In this document: in pieces, positions 55,270 through 64,000 of the stretch
Position numbering within the stretch: the first letter of the stretch is position 1
Layout: each line of letters opens with the position of its first letter
From: a virus
Lineage: Duplodnaviria > Caudoviricetes
DNA length: 64,000 bases
IMG/VR virus record: IMGVR_UViG_3300033068_001920
Coordinates: 1 to 64,000 of that record
Direction: 5' to 3' (one strand)
The notes under the pieces: model-generated
Databases searched by the model: none
The model's input: only the letters and a program-made list of their open reading frames with translations
What the model was told of the DNA's origin: nothing
Program-made: the position numbers and the translations under genes

Positions 55270-55890
55270 ATGCAATTGATGCCTGAGGAATGGCGCCCTG
55301 TCGTAGGGTTTGAAGGCCTATATGAGGTCAGTGACCTCGGCAGGGTCAGGAGTCTGCCGCGCGTTGCGTATCGCGCTAACGGCACGGTGCTCAATTTCAA
55401 AGGGGCTCTGAAGAAATCGAATCTGATGTCTGCCGGATACCATCATGTGACGATAACGCGTGACGGGGTCTCATCTCAGCGCCTTGTTCACGTACTTGTC
55501 GCAGAGGCATTCTTGCCGAATCCGGACGGGCTTCCAGAGGTGAATCACCTCAACCTTGACCAGTTAGCCAACGTGCCGTCGAACTTGGAATGGTCGTCCC
55601 ATCAAAGAAACATTGCTCATGCACGCGATCATGGTCGGCTTCACGGCTTCACCAACAAACGCCGACGTTGCAAATTGCAACCAGATCAGGTTCGGACGAT
55701 CCGCGCAAGGGCCTTGCGCGGTGAAAAACATGAAACCATAGCCGCCGACTACTCGGTCTCTCGCCGAATGATCTCAATGATCGCGAATGGCGATCGCTGG
55801 AATGAGAGTTTCGACGGGAGACCTGATGTAACGAAACCGGAGCCGGTCCAGCCGGCTTCGGATGGGATCACTGATTCCCGAAGTACATAA
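55270..55890 (+). CDS. NUMOD4-HNH homing endonuclease, antisense to the tail operon
   Basis: EEWRPVVGFEGLYEVSDLGRVRS; LVHVLVAEAF..EVNH..N..NLEW. Confidence 0.92.
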   Translation: MQLMPEEWRPVVGFEGLYEVSDLGRVRSLPRVAYRANGTVLNFKGALKKSNLMSAGYHHVTITRDGVSSQRLVHVLVAEAFLPNPDGLPEVNHLNLDQLANVPSNLEWSSHQRNIAHARDHGRLHGFTNKRRRCKLQPDQVRTIRARALRGEKHETIAADYSVSRRMISMIANGDRWNESFDGRPDVTKPEPVQPASDGITDSRST

Positions 55891-56353
55891 AAAACAGCGT
55901 GCCGGTGATCTGCAGGATCTGCCCGCGCGATTCCCAGTCACGGTCCGGATTGTCCAGTTGGATGAAGCAGTCCCGGATCTTGCATACCCTGGTGTAGTCG
56001 TCGGGCGTGCCTTCGTACACCTTCGCGTTGAAGCGCGCGCCGGCGTTGAAGATCAGGTTTTCCATCAGGGTCTGGACGTGGCCAGCCTGGGTTTCGAGCA
56101 GCGTGATCTGACCCTGCTGGTTGACCTTCAGTTGCTGCGGCTGCCAGCGCGCCGCGCCGTACGGCATCGGCACTTCGATTTCGCCGGCCGGCGACAACTC
56201 GGGCCAAGGGAACTGCTTGATCAGCAGGCCCAACTGTTCGTGACCTTCGATCTCGAAGAAGGCGTCCGACGAGACCACCTTGTCGCCGAGCGCCGAGGTC
56301 GAGGCGTAGAGGCTTCTGAGGTAGGCGCCAGTCTTCACGTTGGTGGTGGCCAT
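55868..56353 (-). CDS. major tail tube protein (P1 BplB-like)
   Basis: GDKVVSSDAFFEIEGHEQLGLLIK matches the recalled P1 protein. Confidence 0.7.
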   Translation of the reverse strand: MATTNVKTGAYLRSLYASTSALGDKVVSSDAFFEIEGHEQLGLLIKQFPWPELSPAGEIEVPMPYGAARWQPQQLKVNQQGQITLLETQAGHVQTLMENLIFNAGARFNAKVYEGTPDDYTRVCKIRDCFIQLDNPDRDWESRGQILQITGTLFFMYFGNQ

Positions 56354-56356
56354 CTG

Positions 56357-57406
56357 TCAACTCCTGCTGAAAATTTTGGGTACGTCGTTGGTGTCCAGCG
56401 CGGTGAGCGTGGCCAAGGTGAGGGCGACGCTTCGGTAGATGGGCCTGCCTTCGCGGTCCATCGGGCCGTCCAGCTGATTCCCCACCGATTCGATCACCAT
56501 CGGCATGTAGCGGTTGTTGCCGTACTTGAAGCCAACCATCTGCGGCGCCAACGAAGGGAACATTGCCCGAATAATTCCCTCATCGCTGGTGAGACCTTCC
56601 GAAACGATGCCGTTCTCGGCGAGCTTCTGCGGCCAGGCCCACATCAGCAATTTCTGGTACAAGGCCATGACCTCCGCTTCGGCATCATTCACCGCGCGCA
56701 GGTGCAACTGGAACGTGATGCGGATCGGCGGCATGCCGGAAAAGACCTGCCTGGAGTTCAACTTCGTGATGCCGGTTCGGCCTTCCAGGGACTTGGCCCA
56801 GCGTTCCGTTTTGCTGGCGAGATCCTTGGCGAAGTCGCCTACGACGCCATCGGGCAGCACCGCTTGAAGCGAGTTTGCAACGGTCGCGATCTGGCCGGTC
56901 TGCAGCAAAGCCATGACGGTAGGCGCTTTGCTCTCCGGGCCTGAGTTTTCGAACGGCGACTGCCAGTTGAGCGTGGATTCGAACTGCACCTCGGTCGCCG
57001 GCGCCAGGATCGCGCTCGATTCTCCGCGCTCGCCCATGATCTCGGCGCCTTTCGAATCGCAGGGGAAGATGCGCGCGAACAGGTGCTCGGACAGATGCCC
57101 CCATTGCGGCAGCGTCGAACTGTTGAGCGGCGGATCGCGCCGGCTCTGCGCGGTGCCCTCCAGCGAACCGGTCTCGCCGGCGCCGCCGCGCGCGATGCCG
57201 AGAAGTTCCTTGCCCGATGTGAGCAGGCCGCCGGTGCGTAGATCCACGACACGGCCGACCTGTCCAAGCGCCGACCCAGAGCGCAGCGCGCCTGCCTCGC
57301 GCGCGGCGACGCCCTTGATCTGCTGCCCCAAGTTCCCGGACGCAGTAGAAACGGCCCCACGAATGAGGCCGTCTCCTTTTCCCCCGATTTTCGGGATGAT
57401 CGGCAT
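56357..57406 (-). CDS. tail tube/baseplate junction protein (gp48-like)
   Basis: NWQSPFE, NSRQVFSGMPPIRITF, MVIESV..LDGPMD. Confidence 0.65.
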   Translation of the reverse strand: MPIIPKIGGKGDGLIRGAVSTASGNLGQQIKGVAAREAGALRSGSALGQVGRVVDLRTGGLLTSGKELLGIARGGAGETGSLEGTAQSRRDPPLNSSTLPQWGHLSEHLFARIFPCDSKGAEIMGERGESSAILAPATEVQFESTLNWQSPFENSGPESKAPTVMALLQTGQIATVANSLQAVLPDGVVGDFAKDLASKTERWAKSLEGRTGITKLNSRQVFSGMPPIRITFQLHLRAVNDAEAEVMALYQKLLMWAWPQKLAENGIVSEGLTSDEGIIRAMFPSLAPQMVGFKYGNNRYMPMVIESVGNQLDGPMDREGRPIYRSVALTLATLTALDTNDVPKIFSRS

Positions 57407-57415
57407 CGCCTGCGC

Positions 57416-58372
57416 TTACAGGCCCGCGCGCTTGCGGATCTTCACCGACTTGGCGCGGCGCATCTGCGCGACCGCCGAGTGCGACTTCCGGAGCATCTTC
57501 TTGACTGCCATCTTCTGCTTCGCGTTCAGGCGCACCGTGCCGGACACCCGCTTGTTGATGCGGACCTTCTTGCCGCGGCGCACGACGATCTTCTTTTTGT
57601 ACGTCGCGTCGAAGACCTTCGCCTCGGCACCGGCCTTCTCGGCGAACTCGAGGATCTTGGCGTCGGTCATCTTCATCCAGTCCGGCACTTTGGTCATCGA
57701 GGCGAAGGTGGTCGAATCCAGAACGACGCCGTTGAAGTTGATGCCGACATCGCCCGATGCATCCACGACGCGGTGGGCGCCAGCGGAATCCATCGCGGCT
57801 TCATCGCTGCCGTCGCCGAACACGAACTCGTCGATCTCTTCCGCGGCGGCGGCGTCGCCGTCGGGAAGTGCGGAAAGCGCGAGTTCCTGGATCGATTCGG
57901 CCAAGTCGTTGTCGAATTCTTCCAGCAGCGAGACCACATCGGATTCCGGGGCGCCCTTCGCGATGAGGTAGTCCGCGGCGACGTTGGCGGCCTGATTCAT
58001 GATGTCGGCTTCGGCATCGCTGACCTCGCCATCCATGTCCGCATCGGCGATGCCGGCGAGCAGGCTGAACAGGCGATCGCCGATGCCTTCACCATCGTCG
58101 AGATCAGCCGCCGTGGTTTCGGCCCACTCCTGAACCGCGGCGACCGCCTTGAGCGCGATGTCGCTGTCCTGGTAGGCGCCGGCCTCATCGAGAACGGGCG
58201 CAGCTGCGGCGTCCAGCACCGCCTTGGCAGCGGCATCAGCAGCGGCATCAGCAGCGGCTTTCGCCTCGGCGTCCGCCTTGTTTTTTGCGTCATCGAGAAC
58301 CGCGGCAGCGGCCTTCGGCTTCGCGGCCGTGATGTCCTTGATGGCTTCATAAGCCGGGTGTCTGCGCAACAT
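57416..58372 (-). CDS. prohead core/scaffold protein (acidic body, basic tail)
   Basis: Asp/Glu-rich; C-terminal KKKIVVRRGKKVRI...KSHSAVAQMRRAKSVKIRKRAG. Confidence 0.7.
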   Translation of the reverse strand: MLRRHPAYEAIKDITAAKPKAAAAVLDDAKNKADAEAKAAADAAADAAAKAVLDAAAAPVLDEAGAYQDSDIALKAVAAVQEWAETTAADLDDGEGIGDRLFSLLAGIADADMDGEVSDAEADIMNQAANVAADYLIAKGAPESDVVSLLEEFDNDLAESIQELALSALPDGDAAAAEEIDEFVFGDGSDEAAMDSAGAHRVVDASGDVGINFNGVVLDSTTFASMTKVPDWMKMTDAKILEFAEKAGAEAKVFDATYKKKIVVRRGKKVRINKRVSGTVRLNAKQKMAVKKMLRKSHSAVAQMRRAKSVKIRKRAGL

Positions 58373-58382
58373 GGGTGACTCC

Positions 58383-60011
58383 TTATTTCGAGATGGTTTG
58401 CTGGACGTGGATCGCGCGGGTCGTGCCGTCGTAGCTCAGCCAGTAGTCCACGTCAACACGGTCTTTCGGACGCTGGGCGTTGGGGCGAACCGTCGCCACG
58501 AACGATCTGTTTTCCAGCGCTGCGGACGGCACCAGCCATTTCGCAGCTTCCAGCCCTTCGAACAGCAGCTGGAGGAAGTCGGTGGTGCGCTTGATCGTGT
58601 CCGAGATCGGCAACTGCAGGTATTCCTTGACCGCCGATGTCACCCAGTCATCGACTTGGCTGGACATCTCCGCGACCGCGATCAACTTGCGGTCGGCCGT
58701 GGTCTTCGCGGCCGTCAGCGAGTCGTAGAACACGAACGCGCTGCCGGAGTTGTAGGCTTGGAAGATGACCGGGTTGATGCGGGCCTTGGCCAGCTTTTCC
58801 AGATCTTCGTCGGTCGGCGTGGTGATCTGCACGATAGCAGTGCGGACCAGCGGCCAGTTCTTGGCGGCGATCGGATAGTTCCTGGGCGGGACGCCATTCG
58901 AGTCCGTCTGCGCGTTCCTGCGGCAGCGGAGACCGATTTGCACGCCGCTCGTACCGAACACCAGTTTGCCGCCGTTGAGCGGATCCACGGCGCGCAGCGG
59001 CGCCCAGTACCACTGGACGTAGTGCGAGTCGAAGTTGAACTGGTTCGCGAAGGTGATTGCGGCATCGACCGACAGCGAGCCCGAGATATCGAAGATCACC
59101 TGCTTGTTGATCTCGATCGCCATCGGCGCCAACTTGGCGATCAGGGTCGTCGAGAGCGTGCCGAGACCGGCGATGTAGCCGAACGGGAACATCGTGTTCC
59201 GCAGCGCGAGCACGGCGCGATCGACATCGGTGGGGGCATAGGTCGTGCCGCCCTCGGTGAAGTAGACCAGGTCGCCGGCAGCGGTCTTCGCATTGCCGTC
59301 CACGTCGTCGCCGTAGTAGACCGAATCGGTCGGCACTTCGGCGCTTGCAGCCACGATGACTTCCAAGTCATCTTCCTGTTGCGACACGACGTTCGGCAGA
59401 TACGTGGATTCGCCGGAATCGTTGACGGCGAGCGGGTCGAGCGAACCTTCGAAGTCGAACAGCAGGTTGCCGGTCAGGTCAAGGATACGCAGGCGCACCC
59501 ACTTGCTGGCGACCGGGGTGTCATCTCCGTCCACCGCAGCATCTGCGTGGATCTCGGCGCGAACCCCTTCGTTGAAGCATTCGAGGTGGCGAACTGCCAA
59601 GAGGAAACCGGTCGTCGGTGCGTCGGTGGTGGCAGAGACCGTCCAGACCGGCTCCGGGGAACCTCCAGTGATTTCGTCGTCCTTGGCCACCATCCACTTC
59701 AGGCTGGCCGCGGCGGGCACGAGCCTGGAGATGACCGCGCGCTGGGCGCCGTTCTGGAAGGCCTCGTACACATGAAGCATGGCTTCGTTGAGCGCGCTGA
59801 CGCTCGGGGATACGGGCGCGCCGAGCAGGCGGAACATCTCACCCCGGCTGACCGAGAATGCCTTGTCGATGCGTCCGCGCGTGAAGCGAGCGACGCCGGC
59901 GAACACCTGCCCGCTGTCCCCGCCGACGAATCGCTCGCTGTCGTCCTTGATGTAGTTCAGCTGGACGCCGGAACGGACGCCGAGACTGCGGGTAAACGGG
60001 ATGGCGCTCAT
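58383..60011 (-). CDS. contractile tail sheath protein (P1 gp22-like)
   Basis: SLGVRSGV, FAGVARFTRG, HVYEAF, KLAKARINPV, YDGTTRAI. Confidence 0.88.
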   Translation of the reverse strand: MSAIPFTRSLGVRSGVQLNYIKDDSERFVGGDSGQVFAGVARFTRGRIDKAFSVSRGEMFRLLGAPVSPSVSALNEAMLHVYEAFQNGAQRAVISRLVPAAASLKWMVAKDDEITGGSPEPVWTVSATTDAPTTGFLLAVRHLECFNEGVRAEIHADAAVDGDDTPVASKWVRLRILDLTGNLLFDFEGSLDPLAVNDSGESTYLPNVVSQQEDDLEVIVAASAEVPTDSVYYGDDVDGNAKTAAGDLVYFTEGGTTYAPTDVDRAVLALRNTMFPFGYIAGLGTLSTTLIAKLAPMAIEINKQVIFDISGSLSVDAAITFANQFNFDSHYVQWYWAPLRAVDPLNGGKLVFGTSGVQIGLRCRRNAQTDSNGVPPRNYPIAAKNWPLVRTAIVQITTPTDEDLEKLAKARINPVIFQAYNSGSAFVFYDSLTAAKTTADRKLIAVAEMSSQVDDWVTSAVKEYLQLPISDTIKRTTDFLQLLFEGLEAAKWLVPSAALENRSFVATVRPNAQRPKDRVDVDYWLSYDGTTRAIHVQQTISK

Positions 60012-60583
60012 GCTTCAGTCGTCTCGGCAGGGCTCACGGTGAATGCGTTTTCACGGAAGCCGTTGAGGGAGAACAGGGCGGTCAGGTCGCTGTGCAGCGT
60101 CTTGAAGTCGCCCTCGCTGTAGATGGTGATCGTCGCCTCGCCAGAAGCCGGAAGGTCGAGATTCAGCGCGGGCACCTGAACCGGCATGCGTGTGTTGTTT
60201 CTGACTCGCGCGCGCAGCGGAAATCCGGTCACCGGGCCCGCAGTCGGCGCATCCTTGGCCGCGGTGTCCGCGACCGTGTCGATACCGTCATCTGCGCCGG
60301 CCGCCGGGGTGGCTTCGCCCACCAGTGCCGTATTGGCCGCAGCCGGCGCCGCCGCGTCTGCGGCGACCTGCGTCGCTTCGGATACTGCCTCGGTGTTGAT
60401 GGTTTCCAGGCCCGCGTCGTTCGATGCGGCTGCGGTGCCGTCGGCCGTACCGGAGTCGCCCGTTTTGGTATTTTCGGCGCTGGTGGTCTGCGCGCTTGCA
60501 GCGTCGGCGGCGGCAGCAGTAGCGGCAGCAGCGTCGGCGGCAGCCGCCTTCGCGAGCCTCTGCGCTTTCGTGAGGTTGGCCAT
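60008..60583 (-). CDS. putative head decoration/virion protein
   Basis: MANLTKAQRL...; Ala/Thr-rich linker plus small C-terminal domain; between capsid and sheath. Confidence 0.6.
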   Translation of the reverse strand: MANLTKAQRLAKAAAADAAAATAAAADAASAQTTSAENTKTGDSGTADGTAAASNDAGLETINTEAVSEATQVAADAAAPAAANTALVGEATPAAGADDGIDTVADTAAKDAPTAGPVTGFPLRARVRNNTRMPVQVPALNLDLPASGEATITIYSEGDFKTLHSDLTALFSLNGFRENAFTVSPAETTEA

Positions 60584-60618
60584 GAACTGGACTCCTGAAT
60601 TTGGTGGGTGTGAACCCT

Positions 60619-60676
60619 TGCCGAAAGGCACGCCCCGGAGGGCGTGCCGACGGATTTGAACACCCCCGAGGGGTGG
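60619..60676 (-). terminator. double hairpin/terminator after the capsid gene
   Basis: CACCCC-tcg-GGGGTG, then GGCACGCCC-tccg-GGGCGTGCC-TTTC; coordinates approximate. Confidence 0.55.
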
Positions 60677-60681
60677 CCGTA

Positions 60682-62337
60682 TTACAAGCCGAAGTTGGTG
60701 ATGTTGATCACCGCGGCACCCTTGGCCGAAGGCACGTGCGGGTTCACGCTGGTGAAGTTGCGGGCGTAGAACGCGGTCCGCGACTTCAGATCGGTACCCA
60801 TCGCCACCGGCAGGTTGGTCGGCGCGACCGCGTCGCCCATGACGATCGGGCAGCGTGCGACCTGATTCGAACGGCCGATGCAGAGCATCTGCGCGGTGCC
60901 CGAACCTTCTTCGACGATCTTCGGCGAGTAGTAGACCTCGTAGCGACCGAAGGCGCGGCCGACGCGGTAGATGCCAGGACGCACGGTGATGCCGGACGAC
61001 ACGAACAGTTCCGGCGGCAGGCTCTGGAACTGGGCCGCCAGCTTCTTGCCCACGTACATGTGGGTGATGCCGTGGTCCATCGTATCTTCGGCCATCTGCT
61101 GATCGGCGACGCCGATGACGGCCATGGCGTCCTGCCATACCTGCGCGCGCGTTTTCTGCTCCTTCTGACCGGCCCAGTCGAAGTCGTACGTCCGCGCGTT
61201 GTTGAGGGCCAGGTTCTTGAGCTTCTGCAGCGCCATGTAGTGGCGTTCCATCGCGAACTGGTTGCGGACCGCCATCATGTTCTCGCCTTCCAGGCTCAGC
61301 CCCAGTTCGTTGGCGTACTGGGTCTTGCTGTCCACGGTCTGCGAGGCGTGGACACGCCACGGCACCGCGAAGAGCGAGAAGGTCTGGACCTGGGTCAGGA
61401 TGCTCGGTGCCAGCTGCGGCGCGACTTCGTAATCGATGTAGCCTTCGGCGCTGACCACGGTGCCGACCGGCAGCGCGGGCGAGAATGCCAGCGAAACGGC
61501 GCCGGTCGCCACGGTCACGGTGCCGCTGATCGCGTAGTCGGTGCCGGCGATGTTGATGCTGCCGGAGAGCGGGCTGTTGGCGACGGTGGCCGCGGTGTTC
61601 GGCAGTTCGTAGGCGCACGGGTAGCCATTGACCAGAACGATCGTGCGGGCGCGCAGCAGCGGCGTATCCTCGGAACCGCCGACGACGCCGGTGATCTTGC
61701 CGGTCGCGGTCGCGCGATCGCCAGCCAGCGTCAGGGTGACGGTGCGCTCGGAACTGATGTAGGGCTTGCCGATGTTGACGCCGTCCAGGAGCTCGCCGAC
61801 GATGTAGCCGCCGGCCAGCGAACCGGCCTGGTGGCTCACGATGCCGAGCTTGGCTTCGTTGGAACCGGTGTCGGTCGGCAGCAGGGTGCCGAACGGGATC
61901 ATCTCGGCGATGGCGCTGGTCATCGCCACGACGATACGGTTGGCTTGGGCGCTCAGCTGGTCGTGGTGATCGGTCGAGCCGACCGAGTCGAACAGGTGCC
62001 CATTGGCGTCGATTCGCTTCGACGCGGCGAGCGCCTGCTGGCACGCGGCCTGCAGCACGTCGCCGGTCGGCAGCGCGCCGTGTTCCTGCAGGAAGATATT
62101 GGAACCCATCAGCACCGAGTCCAGGACTTGGGCCTGGCGGTCTTCCGGAACCAGCGCGACGATCTCCTGCAATTCTTTCGGGAGATCGCCCTTTTCGATG
62201 AGCGACTTGCTGGTGCTCTTGATGGCAGCGGAGTCCAGCGCGGCGCTGTTACCGTCGCAGGCCGTCGCATGGGAATGGTCGATGAAGTTTTCGAGCTCGG
62301 CTGCCCGAGGGTCGATGTACTGTGCGCGAGTGGTCAT
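60682..62337 (-). CDS. major capsid protein (P1 gp23-like)
   Basis: LPTGDVLQAACQQAL, AGSLAGGYIVGELLD, GDAVAP match recalled P1 gp23. Confidence 0.88.
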   Translation of the reverse strand: MTTRAQYIDPRAAELENFIDHSHATACDGNSAALDSAAIKSTSKSLIEKGDLPKELQEIVALVPEDRQAQVLDSVLMGSNIFLQEHGALPTGDVLQAACQQALAASKRIDANGHLFDSVGSTDHHDQLSAQANRIVVAMTSAIAEMIPFGTLLPTDTGSNEAKLGIVSHQAGSLAGGYIVGELLDGVNIGKPYISSERTVTLTLAGDRATATGKITGVVGGSEDTPLLRARTIVLVNGYPCAYELPNTAATVANSPLSGSINIAGTDYAISGTVTVATGAVSLAFSPALPVGTVVSAEGYIDYEVAPQLAPSILTQVQTFSLFAVPWRVHASQTVDSKTQYANELGLSLEGENMMAVRNQFAMERHYMALQKLKNLALNNARTYDFDWAGQKEQKTRAQVWQDAMAVIGVADQQMAEDTMDHGITHMYVGKKLAAQFQSLPPELFVSSGITVRPGIYRVGRAFGRYEVYYSPKIVEEGSGTAQMLCIGRSNQVARCPIVMGDAVAPTNLPVAMGTDLKSRTAFYARNFTSVNPHVPSAKGAAVINITNFGL

Positions 62338-62455
62338 AGGAACTCTCTGTGGATATGGAGGAACGTCTATGCGCGACTAGCGCGGCTTTTGACCCGGCCA
62401 GATTAAAAGTCCTGAACCACGGCCTTCTGGCCCGGTTTCCGATCCATGGAGTCGC

Positions 62456-62480
62456 AAACAAAAAGGGGCCGAAGCCCCTT
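62456..62480 (-). terminator. intrinsic terminator
   Basis: AAGGGGC-TTCG-GCCCCTT followed by TTTG TTT on the minus strand. Confidence 0.85.
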
Positions 62481-62504
62481 GATTGCTACCCTGATGTCGG
62501 CCAC

Positions 62505-62813
62505 TTAGAGCCCTTCCGCAGCCATCGATTCCGCGGCTGTGGTCACGTCAAGCAAGGCATCTTCTGCGTCTTGAAGCACAAGCACCCCATACTCCTCGGA
62601 CTGACAGAACCCGAGAAGGTCGGCCGGTTCCATGTTGTCCGGATCAACCTGCATCCCTCCATTGCCGGTCACCCGAGCGATATTCATGAACTCCCGGAAG
62701 TAGGCGACAGCCGAGGAATTTCCAGCATAGGTGATTGGTTTTTCAGGATCTTCATCCCACTGAGCCACAAACTTTCCGGCCGGGGTCAGGACAGCATATT
62801 CGGTCTGGATCAT
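62505..62813 (-). CDS. acidic hypothetical protein
   Basis: 102 aa; ATGA-coupled to the upstream frame; terminator follows. Confidence 0.65.
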   Translation of the reverse strand: MIQTEYAVLTPAGKFVAQWDEDPEKPITYAGNSSAVAYFREFMNIARVTGNGGMQVDPDNMEPADLLGFCQSEEYGVLVLQDAEDALLDVTTAAESMAAEGL

Positions 62814-64000
62814 GTGTTTGCCTTCATGAATTCAATGAGTCGTTTTCGCCTGTCGCCGAGTCCGGAATCGATGTAGTTGAAGTAGACGACATAAGGGGGT
62901 TGGGAGTCTTTTGCTGACAGCGCGATAACCGCCTTGGCAGTGTCCATATCGTCCGGGTTGTAGGGCGGGGTGGGTGCTGCCGCCCGGCTCACGCCGTAGG
63001 ATTCGTTGATCGACTTCTCGGCGCGCGCCGCCGCCGCCGCTGTGATTGCCGCCGCTTCCTGGTCGGTAGACCCCTTGGGGATCAGCGCACTGTCGCCGGC
63101 GGCGACGTTGCGGCCCTCTGGAACTGCAGGGTGCGGTTGTACTGGTCCCCATCGGTCAGGAACGCAAGCGCGTCCTGCTGGACGTTGACCGTCTTGAAGG
63201 TCTTCTTCGCGAGCGCGCCACCGTCGGACTCCTCCCATCCGGCATCCTTCAGTGCTGAAACCACAGCAGATGTCATGGCGTCGGCCGCGATCACGCGCGC
63301 GAGAGCGGCTCCCTCTTCGGTCCACTCCACCTGCGTGGTTGAACTGCGTCGTAGCCAGCCTTTTGAAACGCCAGCATTGATCACAGAGTTCACCGACGGA
63401 TCAGACCACCAGACCGTCATGTCGCGGGTCTTGCGCATCGCATCCGACACTTCTGCGATGGTTGCGTCTCGACTCAGGTCCGCTATCGGCTGGGCTTGGC
63501 GAGGATCGATGGCATTGACGGCAGCGTCCAAGCGCTTCGCGTTCTCTTCGAACGATGCGTCAGGATTGAACGCGACCGTGACCAGCGGGTTATCCCCGTG
63601 ACGGGCCTGCATCTCGCCATCGATCAGTTTTGCCGAAAGTGCCCGGTTCCCTTCCGGGTTGATGTGGTTCACATTGCCGCCGCCGATCGTCTTGCTGACC
63701 CAGTAATACTCATCCGGCCCGCCCGCCCGCTGAAGCGCAGGATTCGCACGGTTCTGCCAGCCGATGTCGATCAGCGCGGCCAGCAACTTGTGCCGATCTG
63801 AGTAGGGAGCCTTCTCGGGACCTTCCGCAGACGCCTTCGCGTCACCAGCGCTGATCGGCTGCCCTTCGGACGCAGGTTCACCGCCCTCCAGAACAGCCGG
63901 CGGCGCGGCGCGCTTCGCTTCGACCTGCTCTTCCAGCGTTGCGATCTCGGTGCCCAGCGCGTCCAGTTCGGCCTGTTTCGCCGCCACGGAGGCCTTGCTG
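62810..64000 (-). CDS. DarA-like virion protein, 5' end outside the window; frame break near 63120
   Basis: Coiled coil KQAELDALGTEIATLEEQVE then polyvalent-type segments; frame 1 stops at 63082 and the natural-looking sequence continues in another frame to 62810. Confidence 0.45.

Noticed and set aside
60480-60570. GCGGCAGCA-type repeats
   Set aside because: Ala-rich coding linker, not an independent repeat element
60008-62044. 678 aa ORF overlapping the capsid gene
   Set aside because: Only the last 191 aa (ATG 60583 with SD) look real; the rest is an Arg-rich alternative frame that crosses a terminator
4204-62406. Long plus-strand ORFs opposite structural genes (for example 4204..5799, 9473..10768, 58371..60122, 60601..62406)
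   Set aside because: Antisense shadows of GC-biased real genes; no motifs or SD
1-64000. CRISPR array, diversity-generating retroelement, integrase/att, IS elements, and Acb2/Tad1/Tad2-type anti-defence genes
   Set aside because: No spaced repeat array, reverse transcriptase, recombinase, transposase or recognisable motif found by eye; small divergent homologs cannot be excluded

Overview
The whole window is phage DNA: about 64 kb of a GC-rich, probably temperate myovirus with a P1-type virion module. The host is probably in the Xanthomonadaceae/Lysobacteraceae, inferred from the RdgC, SSB and an EF-Tu-like peptide. As in P1, the late genes lie in scattered blocks: portal-protease-tape measure-baseplate (4.4-10.7 kb), a gp26/gp25-like block (15.4-17.4 kb), terminase (22.9-25.6 kb), lysis (49.4-52.9 kb), and capsid-sheath-tube with a DarA-like gene (52.9-64 kb). 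Between them are accessory ORFs, three canonical tRNAs, one aberrant tRNA-like element, four DNA methyltransferases, lambdoid O/P replication genes with an iteron origin, and a Red-like recombination operon. A divergent promoter pair at 39.5-39.7 kb splits early transcription. No integrase, ParAB, master repressor, tail fibre gene or CRISPR array was seen. Main findings: (1) a C5 methyltransferase whose specificity subunit is nested in another frame and carries an HNH-like nuclease domain, with both frames open; (2) linker-shuffled mosaic proteins, one holding a captured EF-Tu P-loop peptide with the GTP motif destroyed; (3) an intein at the catalytic Cys of a second dual-frame methyltransferase; (4) a dispersed TAGC-N4-GCT(A/T) operator regulon over eight sigma70-like promoters. 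All family assignments come from motif recognition and recalled sequences; no database searches were run.
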